Made by a program: the position numbers and the translations under genes
Assembly: GCA_037305845.1 (NCBI GenBank)
Contig: CP147778.1
Span: 1,536,001 to 1,600,000 of the forward strand
Reading direction: 5' to 3'
Length of the DNA stretch: 64,000 nucleotides
DNA from: Candidatus Freyarchaeum deiterrae
GTDB lineage: Archaea > Asgardarchaeota > Jordiarchaeia > Jordiarchaeales > Jordiarchaeaceae
Shown: in pieces, positions 42,262-52,259 of the stretch
Position numbering within the stretch: position 1 is the stretch's first letter
Layout: each line of letters opens with the position of its first letter
The notes under the pieces: model-generated
What the model saw: only the letters and a program-made list of their open reading frames with translations
Databases searched by the model: none
What the model was told of the DNA's origin: nothing

Positions 42262-44202
42262 TTAGTGATTAGCGTACAAAGCACTGCAGGGAGCCTCCAA
42301 ACAATGTGAACAGTGGATGCATTTATTTTCAATAATTTTCAACCTTCCACCTTTTAACGAAAATGCATTACAAGAGCTAAACCACGGGATACATGAGCCG
42401 CACCCTAGGCATCTCATTGCCCTAATGATGGTTGAAGTCACATTTTCGCAGATTTTCTCTGCCTTTTCAGCATCTTTTGTTCTTAACACAAGATTGCCAT
42501 CTTGAAAAATATCACAAAATGAATCCTTCATATCTATTTTAATAGTTCCTAATTCTGGTGCATAAGTCACTTTTCCTAAAATGTTTGAAAGATTGGCAAT
42601 TAGCTCCATGTCAAAAGCACTATTAAACACCACTTGCAAGCAGGTTTCTTCTGATTTAGGATCTGACGGTGTAATTTCAATTTCAAAGCGAAGTTTTTCT
42701 TTTGTGAGGGGTCTTTCTTTGATAGTTTCACTTATTTTAAGCTCTTTCATAAGTTTTAGTTGTCCATCTGGGAGGTTTTTCCATCTCCAAAAGCCATATT
42801 CTATCCATTCTTTTGGAAAATTGTACTTTTTCCTCCATTTTTCAAGCGCTTTTTGCAATTTATCCCATAGTTCGGGGTGTTCCTTCTTGAGCATTTCAAA
42901 TTCTGCTAATTTTGATGCAGGGCATGGCCAACATCCTATTCTGACAAGCCCTTTCTCATACAGAGGGTTGAAGGGAACTTTTTGTTGAAAAATGTAAAGC
43001 CAAACATGTAAAGCAGTCCAGTCTTGTATTGGTGTGGCTGATATCTGATTTGGAACCCAAGGATTTACGCTTACTCTTTTTTCTTTGGCTCTGGTTTCTG
43101 ATTCGTATCTCCTTTGACCGATAAATGTTACACAACCGTTTGGGAAATTTTCTTCAATTAATAGGCTGGTCGGCCCAAGTTTGACACTTTTACAGCATAT
43201 CCTATAGTCTCGTCCAGGTGGGCCGAATTTTTCTGTTAAATTCCAAAAAGTGTTTGGGTCTACTTTCTTTTCTAAAAGTTTTTCGGTGAGCCCCAATTTC
43301 TCTAAAACGCAGTGTGTGTAATCGGTGGTTTCCTTGAATTCTACTCCTGTATCTACGAACAATATCTGGAAGTTATCTCCTAAGGCTTTCATGGTTAATA
43401 GAAGTGTTACCAGCGAATCTTTTCCTCCAGAGAAAGCAACTGTTGAAGGTTTATCATAGGATTTAGAGACATTGCGAATAAAATTTACTGCATTTTGCTC
43501 GTATATTCTTAAAATTTCTTCATTGGCTTTAACAGCATCTTCCCAGTTTTGACCTCCCTTAAGTAAAAATAGCTCTCCTGGTGGCCCGTGCTCTCTTGGT
43601 TTAAGTACGGTTCCTTTTCTTTTCATCAGTATATCGGCGGCGTCTCTTTTCACAGTCCCCGTAGCTATAACTTCGTTCTCGGGGGAAAGGACTATGGCAT
43701 GATCATTTTTTTTAATGTCCTTACTACAATCAATTACGCCGGGTCCTAAAATGTTGGCGCCTTCAATAATAGGTTTTATGGCGCCCGTATCAATTTTTAT
43801 CCACTTGCTACTACCGGCTTTCCAAAGTCTTCTTGCGCCTATCAGTTTAGGGAAGAATTGCCAACTTTTGGAAGAAGGTTCAAATCGAATATTACCTATA
43901 ACCTTTCCATCAATTATTATCTCGTCCATATGGTCCGAGTAAGAGACCTTGTTTAGTAGAATAACCTTATCATCCGGAATCAATTGTTCTCCGATTTTTT
44001 CGCCGTATTGTTCGTCGATTACTCTTCTTATTAATTGTATTTCTTTTCTAAAACCTGGACGGATGTCACCTGGTGGAGATATTTGAACTTTCTTAGCTTT
44101 GTTTCCACAAATTTGGCATGGCGTTTCATCCAAGAGTGGTAAATTACAAGAAATACACCAGCCTAGCTTAATCTTTCCAAGGTAAATGGATCTTTTGCTC
44201 AA
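42262..44202 (-). CDS. PAPS-reductase-family protein with PUA and 4Fe-4S domains
   Basis: AFSGGKDS, VDTG, RICC, RIGCWPCP, C-terminal CxxCxxC. Confidence 0.9.
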   Translation of the reverse strand: MSKRSIYLGKIKLGWCISCNLPLLDETPCQICGNKAKKVQISPPGDIRPGFRKEIQLIRRVIDEQYGEKIGEQLIPDDKVILLNKVSYSDHMDEIIIDGKVIGNIRFEPSSKSWQFFPKLIGARRLWKAGSSKWIKIDTGAIKPIIEGANILGPGVIDCSKDIKKNDHAIVLSPENEVIATGTVKRDAADILMKRKGTVLKPREHGPPGELFLLKGGQNWEDAVKANEEILRIYEQNAVNFIRNVSKSYDKPSTVAFSGGKDSLVTLLLTMKALGDNFQILFVDTGVEFKETTDYTHCVLEKLGLTEKLLEKKVDPNTFWNLTEKFGPPGRDYRICCKSVKLGPTSLLIEENFPNGCVTFIGQRRYESETRAKEKRVSVNPWVPNQISATPIQDWTALHVWLYIFQQKVPFNPLYEKGLVRIGCWPCPASKLAEFEMLKKEHPELWDKLQKALEKWRKKYNFPKEWIEYGFWRWKNLPDGQLKLMKELKISETIKERPLTKEKLRFEIEITPSDPKSEETCLQVVFNSAFDMELIANLSNILGKVTYAPELGTIKIDMKDSFCDIFQDGNLVLRTKDAEKAEKICENVTSTIIRAMRCLGCGSCIPWFSSCNAFSLKGGRLKIIENKCIHCSHCLEAPCSALYANH

Positions 44203-44404
44203 AATTTTAACCTTCTATTTTTGAAAGTGGGATAAAGTTTTGACGGTTCACATCTAAAAGTTTGACAATTGACTTTTTAAAAGTTTCAGAAACGAGTTAA
44301 ACTACTAAATGATAATCAACATTATTTTTAAAAATTATTTTCATTTTTTGACTATTTTGCAACTATATTCAGAAAAAAAGAAATTAAAGAAAAAGTAAAC
44401 CTTC

Positions 44405-44824
44405 TTAACCGCTTTCCTTAAGAGCTTTCTCTACAATTTCAGCGTATTGTTCGGCGGTGAGTAGACTTTCCTTTTCCTCGTCGAGGTTTGATGCTTTGAT
44501 TACTACCATCCATCCTTTTTTGTATGGGTCCTCGTTTACAAGTTCTGGTGCGTCCTCTAATTCACTGTTAACCTCGACTATCTCACCACTAATTGGTGCA
44601 TATAATTCAGAGACTGCTTTCACTGACTCTATACTACCGAATTCGCTCATTTTTTGTACTTCTGCTCCTGATTCCGGAAGTTCTACGTATACTATATCAC
44701 GTAGTGCCTTTTGAGCGTAGTCAGTTATTCCTACTCGAACATTTTCGCCTTCGATCTTTGCCCACTGGTGTTCCGCTAAGTACATAAGATCATCGGGTAT
44801 GTTCACATCTTCGACTCTAACCAT
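44405..44824 (-). CDS. gcvH: Glycine cleavage system H (lipoyl carrier) protein
   Basis: VGITDYAQ, IESVKAVSELYAP, NEDPY. Confidence 0.96.
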   Translation of the reverse strand: MVRVEDVNIPDDLMYLAEHQWAKIEGENVRVGITDYAQKALRDIVYVELPESGAEVQKMSEFGSIESVKAVSELYAPISGEIVEVNSELEDAPELVNEDPYKKGWMVVIKASNLDEEKESLLTAEQYAEIVEKALKESG

Positions 44825-45280
44825 TTTTTTTCCTCCATCTATTCTAAACTCGAAGGATAGATTTCTGTTATTAAATTTTTTGGCTTCTTTTGTCTCGCTA
44901 AATAATTGTTTCTTTCTATATCGCCAGCTCGTGCCCTTTTTTAAGGGCGTAAAAATTATTCTACTTCCCCATCCTATATTTTTTTCCCCTTTAAAGTATG
45001 GTTATGGTTGAAGACTGGTTGACCAAAAGACGGAGTGAGGGTTGAAGATGAACAAGAGCAAAGTGAACTATGGAGCTATAATAATATTTGTTGTATTTAT
45101 GTCTGCAGAAAAATAATTTTTAAGAAAATTTTTTTGATATTCCAAAAGGTCGAAGTATTATGAATTTATTTTTTCTTTATTCAGGTAAGGTATATAAAAT
45201 TTCCAGTATATTGATGAATATCTGTGAACTAAATTAATCCCGCTTGTATCTCTTTGATATTAAAAAATTAGCGGAAAAAC

Positions 45281-47395
45281 GTGGGGTGCAGTGGAACGAG
45301 TTATACGTTGTTGATTACTGAGAAACCAAGTGCTGCTAAACGTATTGCAGAAGCGTTAAATGATGAGAAATCACCAGTAAAATACGAAAAGTACGGTGTG
45401 CCCTATTATGATATTGTGAGAAATGGGGGGAGAATTAGAGTAGTCCCTACCATCGGGCATCTTTATTCGGTTGCTCAAGAAGGGAAGGGGTGGACTTATC
45501 CCATATTTCAAACAAAATGGGTTCCTTCATATACGGTAAGCAAGAAATCAAAAAATACAGAGAACTTTATAAGGGTTATATCCAAACTTGCAGAGGAAGC
45601 TAAAGACTTTATTTCTGCTACAGATTTTGATATTGAGGGTAGTCAGATAGCTTACTGTGTTTTAAAGTATGCTTGTGGTGAACCAAGTCTCAAGAAAGCT
45701 CACAGAATGAAATTTTCGACTTTGACTAATCTCGACATAACTGAAGCTTTTAATTCATTGTCAACCACACTGGACTGGGGGTTAATAGAAGCGGGGCGCA
45801 CACGTCACGAGATAGATTGGATTTATGGCATCAATCTCTCTAGAGCAATGATACTATCATTAAAAAAGGCCTCGGGCATGTATAAAGCATTAAGTACTGG
45901 TCGCGTGCAAGGACCTACTCTAGCCTTTATAGAGAATAGAGAGAGAAAAATTCGAAGCTTCGTTCCGAAACCGTACTGGGCAATTAATGCGGTGGCATTA
46001 ATAAATGACGAGAGATACCCCCTTGAATATTCCCAGAAAAAAATTTGGATAAAGAAAGAAGCTGAAACGATTCTAAACGAGTGCGTTAACAGGAATGGTG
46101 TAATTTCCCAAATTCAGACCAGAAAATCTGTACAGAAGCCTCCCATACCATTTGACATAGGGACTCTACAATCAGAGGCATATAGTAACTTCAGATTTGC
46201 GCCTAGCCGCACACTAAGAATCGCTGAAAGACTTTATCTCGACGCATTAATTTCTTATCCTCGGACTGGCAGTCAAAAGTTTCCGCCATCCATTGACACT
46301 CGGACTATTCTGAAATCATTATCGGGTATTAAACAGTATTCCGAAATGATTAATGAACTTTTATCAAAAGAAAAACTAGTTCCCACACAAGGCAAAAAGG
46401 AAGACTCCGCACACCCGCCTATTCACCCAACTGGGAATCTACCCGAAAGGAAATTAAATGATAACGAGAGAAAAATTTTTGACCTCGTAGTCCGACGATT
46501 TTTAGCGATTTTTGGTGAACCTTCTATTCGAGAAAGTATAATGGTAGAGGTAAATATTAATGAACAGCTTTTTTATATGCATGGACGCCGAATTCTAGAA
46601 CCAGGTTGGCAGAAATATTACGCACCCTATATTAAGAGCGAGGAACTAATTTTACCACGATTGAATAGAGGTCAAGAAATCGGATTGGATTCAATAGAGA
46701 TCACTGAGGGCTACACTTCTCCTCCTTCACGGTACAATCCTAGAAGCATTCTGAATTTAATGGAGAATCAACACATTGGCACCAAGGCTACCAGAGCAGA
46801 TATGATTGATACTCTATACAATAGAGGTTACATCACAGGAGAAAGAATAGTTATGACCACACTTGGTTTTTCGGTAATTAACCTGTTATCAAAATTTTGT
46901 TCAGAAGTTTTATCGGTGGAACTCACCCGCGAACTTGAACAGGAAATGGATGAAATTGAGATACAGAAAAAGACCAGACAAGAAGTAATTATTGACGCTG
47001 TGGATAAACTCACTCCGATTTTGAAGGAATTCAAGCTAAAAGAAGAAGTAATCGGCCAAGGACTGTCAGAAGCAATAACCTCTTTAAGAAATGAACAACG
47101 TACAATAGGTACATGTCCTAAATGTAAGGACGGAGTGCTCACCATAACCTACTCGAGAAAAACGCGTAAAAGGTTCATAGGATGCTCCAATTATTGGGTA
47201 GGAAAGTGCAATTTCAGTGCTCCTATACCTCAAAAAGGAAATATAGATGTAACGGGAAAAAATTGCCCACATTGCGACTATCCAATAATACGCATTAGAG
47301 GGGCTAGAAGGAGACCTTGGAACATGTGTATAAACTGGCAGAATTGCCCCGGAAGAAAAGATAAAGAAGTTCAAAAAGAAGGAGAAGCTGAATGA
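45281..47395 (+). CDS. topA: DNA topoisomerase IA
   Basis: ITEKP, ATDFDIEG, STGRVQ, ISYPRT, AHPPIHPT, GTKATR; C-terminal Zn ribbons. Confidence 0.96.
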   Translation: MGCSGTSYTLLITEKPSAAKRIAEALNDEKSPVKYEKYGVPYYDIVRNGGRIRVVPTIGHLYSVAQEGKGWTYPIFQTKWVPSYTVSKKSKNTENFIRVISKLAEEAKDFISATDFDIEGSQIAYCVLKYACGEPSLKKAHRMKFSTLTNLDITEAFNSLSTTLDWGLIEAGRTRHEIDWIYGINLSRAMILSLKKASGMYKALSTGRVQGPTLAFIENRERKIRSFVPKPYWAINAVALINDERYPLEYSQKKIWIKKEAETILNECVNRNGVISQIQTRKSVQKPPIPFDIGTLQSEAYSNFRFAPSRTLRIAERLYLDALISYPRTGSQKFPPSIDTRTILKSLSGIKQYSEMINELLSKEKLVPTQGKKEDSAHPPIHPTGNLPERKLNDNERKIFDLVVRRFLAIFGEPSIRESIMVEVNINEQLFYMHGRRILEPGWQKYYAPYIKSEELILPRLNRGQEIGLDSIEITEGYTSPPSRYNPRSILNLMENQHIGTKATRADMIDTLYNRGYITGERIVMTTLGFSVINLLSKFCSEVLSVELTRELEQEMDEIEIQKKTRQEVIIDAVDKLTPILKEFKLKEEVIGQGLSEAITSLRNEQRTIGTCPKCKDGVLTITYSRKTRKRFIGCSNYWVGKCNFSAPIPQKGNIDVTGKNCPHCDYPIIRIRGARRRPWNMCINWQNCPGRKDKEVQKEGEAE

Positions 47396-47634
47396 AGTGC
47401 CCAATCTGTAATCTAAATAAATATGAAGAATTTGATTACTGCGAAAATCATCAATCTGCTTACCTTAAACTTATGGAGAGATATAATGATTGGAAAAAGG
47501 CCATTAATATTACTTGGCAAGAATACCTGAAAAAAATAATAGAAAATGAAAACACGGGAGAATGGGCAAGAGAAGTAGCTACGCATCTATTGGATGAAAA
47601 TTCAAAACAAGTACCACCAACCAATAGTTATTAA
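47392..47634 (+). CDS. Small Cys-containing hypothetical protein
   Basis: CPIC...CENH, TGEWAREVA; ATG overlaps the topA stop. Confidence 0.7.
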   Translation: MKCPICNLNKYEEFDYCENHQSAYLKLMERYNDWKKAINITWQEYLKKIIENENTGEWAREVATHLLDENSKQVPPTNSY

Positions 47635-47717
47635 CATTTGAGAGTAATTTATTTAAGTTAGAGTTGCTAAAAGTTCTTAGCCTATGTTGATTACAGGTAA
47701 AATATGGGTGCCTTGAA

Positions 47718-48110
47718 ATGAAAATACCAAAAATTGGGTTACCCGCCGGGCTCTCGCCTATATTAGCTTTTGGTATTGTTCTAGCCATTATTCTTTTTGT
47801 AATGGGTGGTGGAGTTTACGTTATTACTAGTAACCCTTCATTCAATAATCCTTCTGGCACATCAATCGTCAGTTCTAGCCTATCGGGTCAATATGGCATA
47901 GAAGCTGTATTATCCATTGCATTTATGTTCGTCGGTTTCGTAGGATTTTTGTTAATCTATGAATCCACAAAACATGTTTACAATGCAAGCTTAGCTACAA
48001 AATTGCTGGTTATGGGGATGGTATTGGTAGCTGTTTCGACCTTTTTGCTTTATTGGATGGTAATACCAAAAGCGCCATGGATATTCAGATTCGCTGGAAA
48101 TAGTGGATAA
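47718..48110 (+). CDS. OST3/OST6-OSTC(DC2)-like oligosaccharyltransferase accessory subunit
   Basis: 3 TM helices with GGGVY...P...GQYGIE...F..G..G pattern, recalled from OSTC/DC2. Confidence 0.6.
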   Translation: MKIPKIGLPAGLSPILAFGIVLAIILFVMGGGVYVITSNPSFNNPSGTSIVSSSLSGQYGIEAVLSIAFMFVGFVGFLLIYESTKHVYNASLATKLLVMGMVLVAVSTFLLYWMVIPKAPWIFRFAGNSG

Positions 48111-48301
48111 TAGGGAAGTCTCCTTATACCCTTTGTTCAAGTCGTACTGGCTCAAACTTTTTTCATAGTGGAATTATTAAAAAGTAATAACATACACACG
48201 ATCTCAACTAATCTTGTTAATTGTTTGCATGCATGAAAAGGCTTTAAAGAAATTGTTATCCTCGGGTCAGTTAATGTCCAAAAGCTGTTTTTAAGTAGTT
48301 T

Positions 48302-48985
48302 TTACCAAGGTTCCTTTTTGAGTCTTAGTTTATAACCAATTATATTTGCAGCCAAGTGTATTATTGGTGTCAAAACAACTAGTACTATGATAATTTCTAT
48401 TGGTGGAATGAAATCGATAAATGAGAATAGTAACGCTCCTATTATAAAGTCTAATTGGTCTAATGGCGGGGCGGGGCGGCCCCTTTCGAGGTTAAGCCTT
48501 CTTTTTATAAAGGAACCTATTAAATCACCTATTAAAGCACCAAATGATAAAAGAAAACCGTGAAAGATGGTTGGTGCTAATATTGCCTTGGAATTTGTTG
48601 GTAAGTTCATTAGAATAAAGAATAACGAACCGGAAGTTAACCATTGATAGATTATAAAGTCTAAAATGGCTTGAGAAGCTCCTAAGGTAGACGCGAGATA
48701 AAACCAATATACAATTGGTGCATTAGAGCTTATCCAGGGTAGCGCTATTTGTTGTCCGGAGATAAGTTGTAAAGCGCCTATTAGGGTTCCAAACGCGGTT
48801 CCTCCAATGAGCCCACGAACGGTCTTACCGTCTCCGAAGACACGCTTTTTATCTATAAAATTATGTCCAAAATCCAAAGGCTTATTTAATCTATTTCCTC
48901 TTCCAAAAACAACCGCAAGTCCATTTGCTGCATACGCAGGCAAAATAAACCAGAATGCCAGTATAATAGAGGGTAAGAGATCCAT
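48302..48985 (-). CDS. carS: CDP-archaeol synthase
   Basis: LPAYAAN, PLDFG, FGDGKT.RG, GDLIGSFIKRR, LDQLDF, KKEPW. Confidence 0.93.
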   Translation of the reverse strand: MDLLPSIILAFWFILPAYAANGLAVVFGRGNRLNKPLDFGHNFIDKKRVFGDGKTVRGLIGGTAFGTLIGALQLISGQQIALPWISSNAPIVYWFYLASTLGASQAILDFIIYQWLTSGSLFFILMNLPTNSKAILAPTIFHGFLLSFGALIGDLIGSFIKRRLNLERGRPAPPLDQLDFIIGALLFSFIDFIPPIEIIIVLVVLTPIIHLAANIIGYKLRLKKEPW

Positions 48986-49057
48986 GTCTTTATTGTGCCT
49001 CCGGATAATATAGTTATAGTATTTTGTCACATTTTTTAAACAACTTTGTTATAACGC

Positions 49058-49759
49058 TTACTGCTGTTGGTGTAATCCTTTTTCTGTCAGCAAAACATTA
49101 ATCGTATTTTTTTGGGCGATTTCGAGATTTTTAGTTATACTGATACGTCTTACTCCCATGTTAAGATATTCCAATTTTAAATCTAATGAGGACCAATATG
49201 ATATTATGGTTCCACCAGCAGGTTTGATTTGATTTTCACTCTCTTTGATACCCGCAGAAACTTGATTAGTTACCATAACGGATACGTTGTGTTCGCTAGC
49301 TAAATTTAACAGTTCTGCCATTTGTCTGTTAAGTTCACGGTTTAATGCAACATTTTTGGCTAGATAGTCTAATTCAGCTCTATACAATTTTGTTGCGGTA
49401 TCAATGACTATTAGTCTTACGTCTTTGGTTATGAATAATTCCATTTTGTCAATCAAATTGGATTGCTCGGCAAAAGATTTGGGTCTAATTATATTTAGGA
49501 ATTGTAGAAGGTTCTCAGAACTAGCCATTTGTAGTACTCTAGTAGGATGGACACCATTTTCAGTATCGATAAAGAAGGTTTTCATACCCTTTTTTGCTAT
49601 ACTTAATGCACATTGAATAGCTAGGGTAGTTTTTCCGGTTGCTGAGGCTCCAAAAACATGAGTTAATAAGCCAAGAGGTATTCCTCCGTCCAGCATATCA
49701 TCGAGAGGAGGTATGCCCGTAGAGATTCTGTGATGCCCTTTAGGATTTTCTGGAGCCAT
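49058..49759 (-). CDS. radB: RadB-like RecA-family protein
   Basis: STG...LD.MLDGG, GASATGKT, IDTE, VTNQV, PAGG. Confidence 0.85.
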   Translation of the reverse strand: MAPENPKGHHRISTGIPPLDDMLDGGIPLGLLTHVFGASATGKTTLAIQCALSIAKKGMKTFFIDTENGVHPTRVLQMASSENLLQFLNIIRPKSFAEQSNLIDKMELFITKDVRLIVIDTATKLYRAELDYLAKNVALNRELNRQMAELLNLASEHNVSVMVTNQVSAGIKESENQIKPAGGTIISYWSSLDLKLEYLNMGVRRISITKNLEIAQKNTINVLLTEKGLHQQQ

Positions 49760-50141
49760 TCCTGCCTCATCTTTTTCTAATTTTGCTAAGATCGTTTAAT
49801 GCTTTGAAAAACCTCTAAACAACATTGATCTACGCCCTATTATAAGCACTTATTTTAAACTCTTGAATATTTATGGGGGCATTCATTTAATGGAACCACT
49901 TTTACTTATAGATTTATCTTTTCTATTCTTGCCGAGTCGAGCAATATACTAATAAATATTTTTTCCAAAAATTTTATTTTGAATTGATTGAATGTTATTT
50001 CAATTGAATTATGGCTAGATCATGTTCCATTCTAGGGCCTTAGTGGTTATATATGGTTCATCAAAAATAATTTTACCGATAGGTTAATATCCAGAATTAT
50101 AGGGAAAAAGGGATAATCTTAATCTTTGGAGAAGTAATACC

Positions 50142-50912
50142 TTGGTTGAAATAGCAGTAGTAACAAGCAACATGCGGCTATATTATAAAGTTGTTAAGGA
50201 GCTTAAGGATGAAGGTATTGCCTTCATTAGCATGAAGCCCGGCGAGGTTATTCCCAAAGAAATAAAATGTGTCATAACGTCTAGTAGTGAGAGAGATTTG
50301 GTTACGCATACGAACATTTTAATTGTTGATAGTGAAGATTCCTCTCCCCTCATACAAAAATTGCGCCTTGTTTTAACTGAGGTTGAACCTCCTATTACTA
50401 TGGTGACCGTCGGTGTTGACCCGGGAAAAACTTATGGTATAGCAGTGCTTGTTAATGAAAATGTGCTTGATACTTACAAAGCATTTTCTTCAAAAAAAAC
50501 CGCTGAAATTATCAAAAATATATTGTTAACCTTTCCTGCGGCGAGAAAAATTATCCGTATTGGAACAGGTGTTCCACTTTACTATAATCAACTTTTAGAG
50601 CTTCTAACTGATGTGAATGCCGAGTTGGAGCTTGTGAATGAATTTGAAACTTCTAGTGGCCCGCGAGCAATAAAAGATACGAATGCGGCTTTAGCAATCG
50701 CAAAGAAAAAAGGATTAAAACCACAGGAATATGAAAAAGTACACAGAATAAAGAGGGGTACAATTAAGCACATTCAAAAAATGAGTCGTCAAGCATCCCA
50801 TGGCAAAATAACAATAAATGAGTCTAGTGCAAGAAAGGTTGCGGTAGGGGAAATTAGCCTTGACCTCGCTATCGCGTCACAAAAAAAGAAAGCTGCGAGG
50901 AAAGATTCGTGA
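50142..50912 (+). CDS. RNase H-like fold conserved protein
   Basis: VGVDPGKTYGIAV, RIGTG, VNEFETS. Confidence 0.7.
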   Translation: MVEIAVVTSNMRLYYKVVKELKDEGIAFISMKPGEVIPKEIKCVITSSSERDLVTHTNILIVDSEDSSPLIQKLRLVLTEVEPPITMVTVGVDPGKTYGIAVLVNENVLDTYKAFSSKKTAEIIKNILLTFPAARKIIRIGTGVPLYYNQLLELLTDVNAELELVNEFETSSGPRAIKDTNAALAIAKKKGLKPQEYEKVHRIKRGTIKHIQKMSRQASHGKITINESSARKVAVGEISLDLAIASQKKKAARKDS

Positions 50913-52195
50913 AAAAGGTAGTTGAGGCGAGACCAAATCAAACATTGCTTGTAAAAGGCCCGGCAAAAATAGATATTGTTAAAGGAGAGATTTCAATACT
51001 GGAGAACAATTTGGGGGAGGGAGAGAGTATAGTTATCACCAGAGGAAAAGCACTCCCCATTAAGGCTGTTTCGGAAACAGTATTGGATAGTTACATTGAT
51101 AATGATGACGCCGTCGAGCCCTTAGAGGAGCAATTTCCAAAAGAATGGATCGGTGTTACTAACCTTTTTGAGAATTTGGAATTACCCACACTAATACCCA
51201 TACTGGGGAGTGTAGATTCCGGTAAAACATCACTAACAACTTATTTAGCAAATAATGCTTTTAAAAAAGGTTACAGAGTTGCAATTGTTGATGCGGATGT
51301 TGGGCAAAGTAATATTGGCCAACCATGCTTCGTGAGTATGGGATTTATGGAGAAAACAGTTTCCATGCTTTCCGAGGTTAAATTGAAGGGGACTTACTTT
51401 ATTGGTTCAAATACTCCGTCTCGGTTACTTCATAGAACAATCACAGGAGTAGCAGTAATGGTAAAAAAGGCATTAGACAATAATGCAGAAATAGTTTTTG
51501 TAGACACGGCGGGTTGGGTTTATGGGAGAGGGGCGAGAGAACTTGAGGCATCCCTAATCTCAATGTTACAACCTAGAATTCTAATTGCGTTACAAAGAGG
51601 GAATGAAATAGAGCATCTACTAAGCCCATTCAATGAGTCTTTAGTTAATATTGTTCGACTCCCAGCCCCAAGAACTTATAAAAGAAGTAGAGAGAATAGA
51701 AAATTCCTTAGAGAAATCTCATATCAAAAAGGCCTGCAAGGAGGGCGAGACATAACTTTAAGCTTGGAGCAAATTAACTTGAGGTATACTCTTCTGGGTT
51801 CCGGCTCTCAAGTCAAACCCGAAAAATTCGAAGAAATAAAACGGATTTTAGGTTGTCTTCCCATTTATATTGAAGAATCCACAGATATTTTATACATTGT
51901 TCTGCCAGATTACGAAATTAGAATAAATAAAGACATAACAGAGTATTTAGAGGATCAGTTATATAAAACAGAAGTGTATCTCACCCAAAAAAGAGATTTC
52001 GAAAATGTCCTAGTTGCTTTCCAAGATGAAAACAATGAACCCCTCAACATAGGTATAATTAAAAGAATAGATTTTGAAAAACGTGAAATTACTTTCTATA
52101 CTTCTGCTGACAAAGAAAAAATAAGATCAGCACAATTTGGATTACTGAAGGTCAGCGAAGATGGAGAAGAACTAGGATATACGAAGATACTTTGA
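50909..52195 (+). CDS. Clp1/Grc3-family polynucleotide 5'-kinase
   Basis: GSVDSGKT, DADVGQ, VDTAGWV, R.RENRKFLRE. Confidence 0.9.
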   Translation: MKKVVEARPNQTLLVKGPAKIDIVKGEISILENNLGEGESIVITRGKALPIKAVSETVLDSYIDNDDAVEPLEEQFPKEWIGVTNLFENLELPTLIPILGSVDSGKTSLTTYLANNAFKKGYRVAIVDADVGQSNIGQPCFVSMGFMEKTVSMLSEVKLKGTYFIGSNTPSRLLHRTITGVAVMVKKALDNNAEIVFVDTAGWVYGRGARELEASLISMLQPRILIALQRGNEIEHLLSPFNESLVNIVRLPAPRTYKRSRENRKFLREISYQKGLQGGRDITLSLEQINLRYTLLGSGSQVKPEKFEEIKRILGCLPIYIEESTDILYIVLPDYEIRINKDITEYLEDQLYKTEVYLTQKRDFENVLVAFQDENNEPLNIGIIKRIDFEKREITFYTSADKEKIRSAQFGLLKVSEDGEELGYTKIL

Positions 52196-52259
52196 GTTTT
52201 CTTCTTAGTCAAGATCCCAATTTTTTATAACCAGTGAATTGGAAAGAAGTATTAACTAA

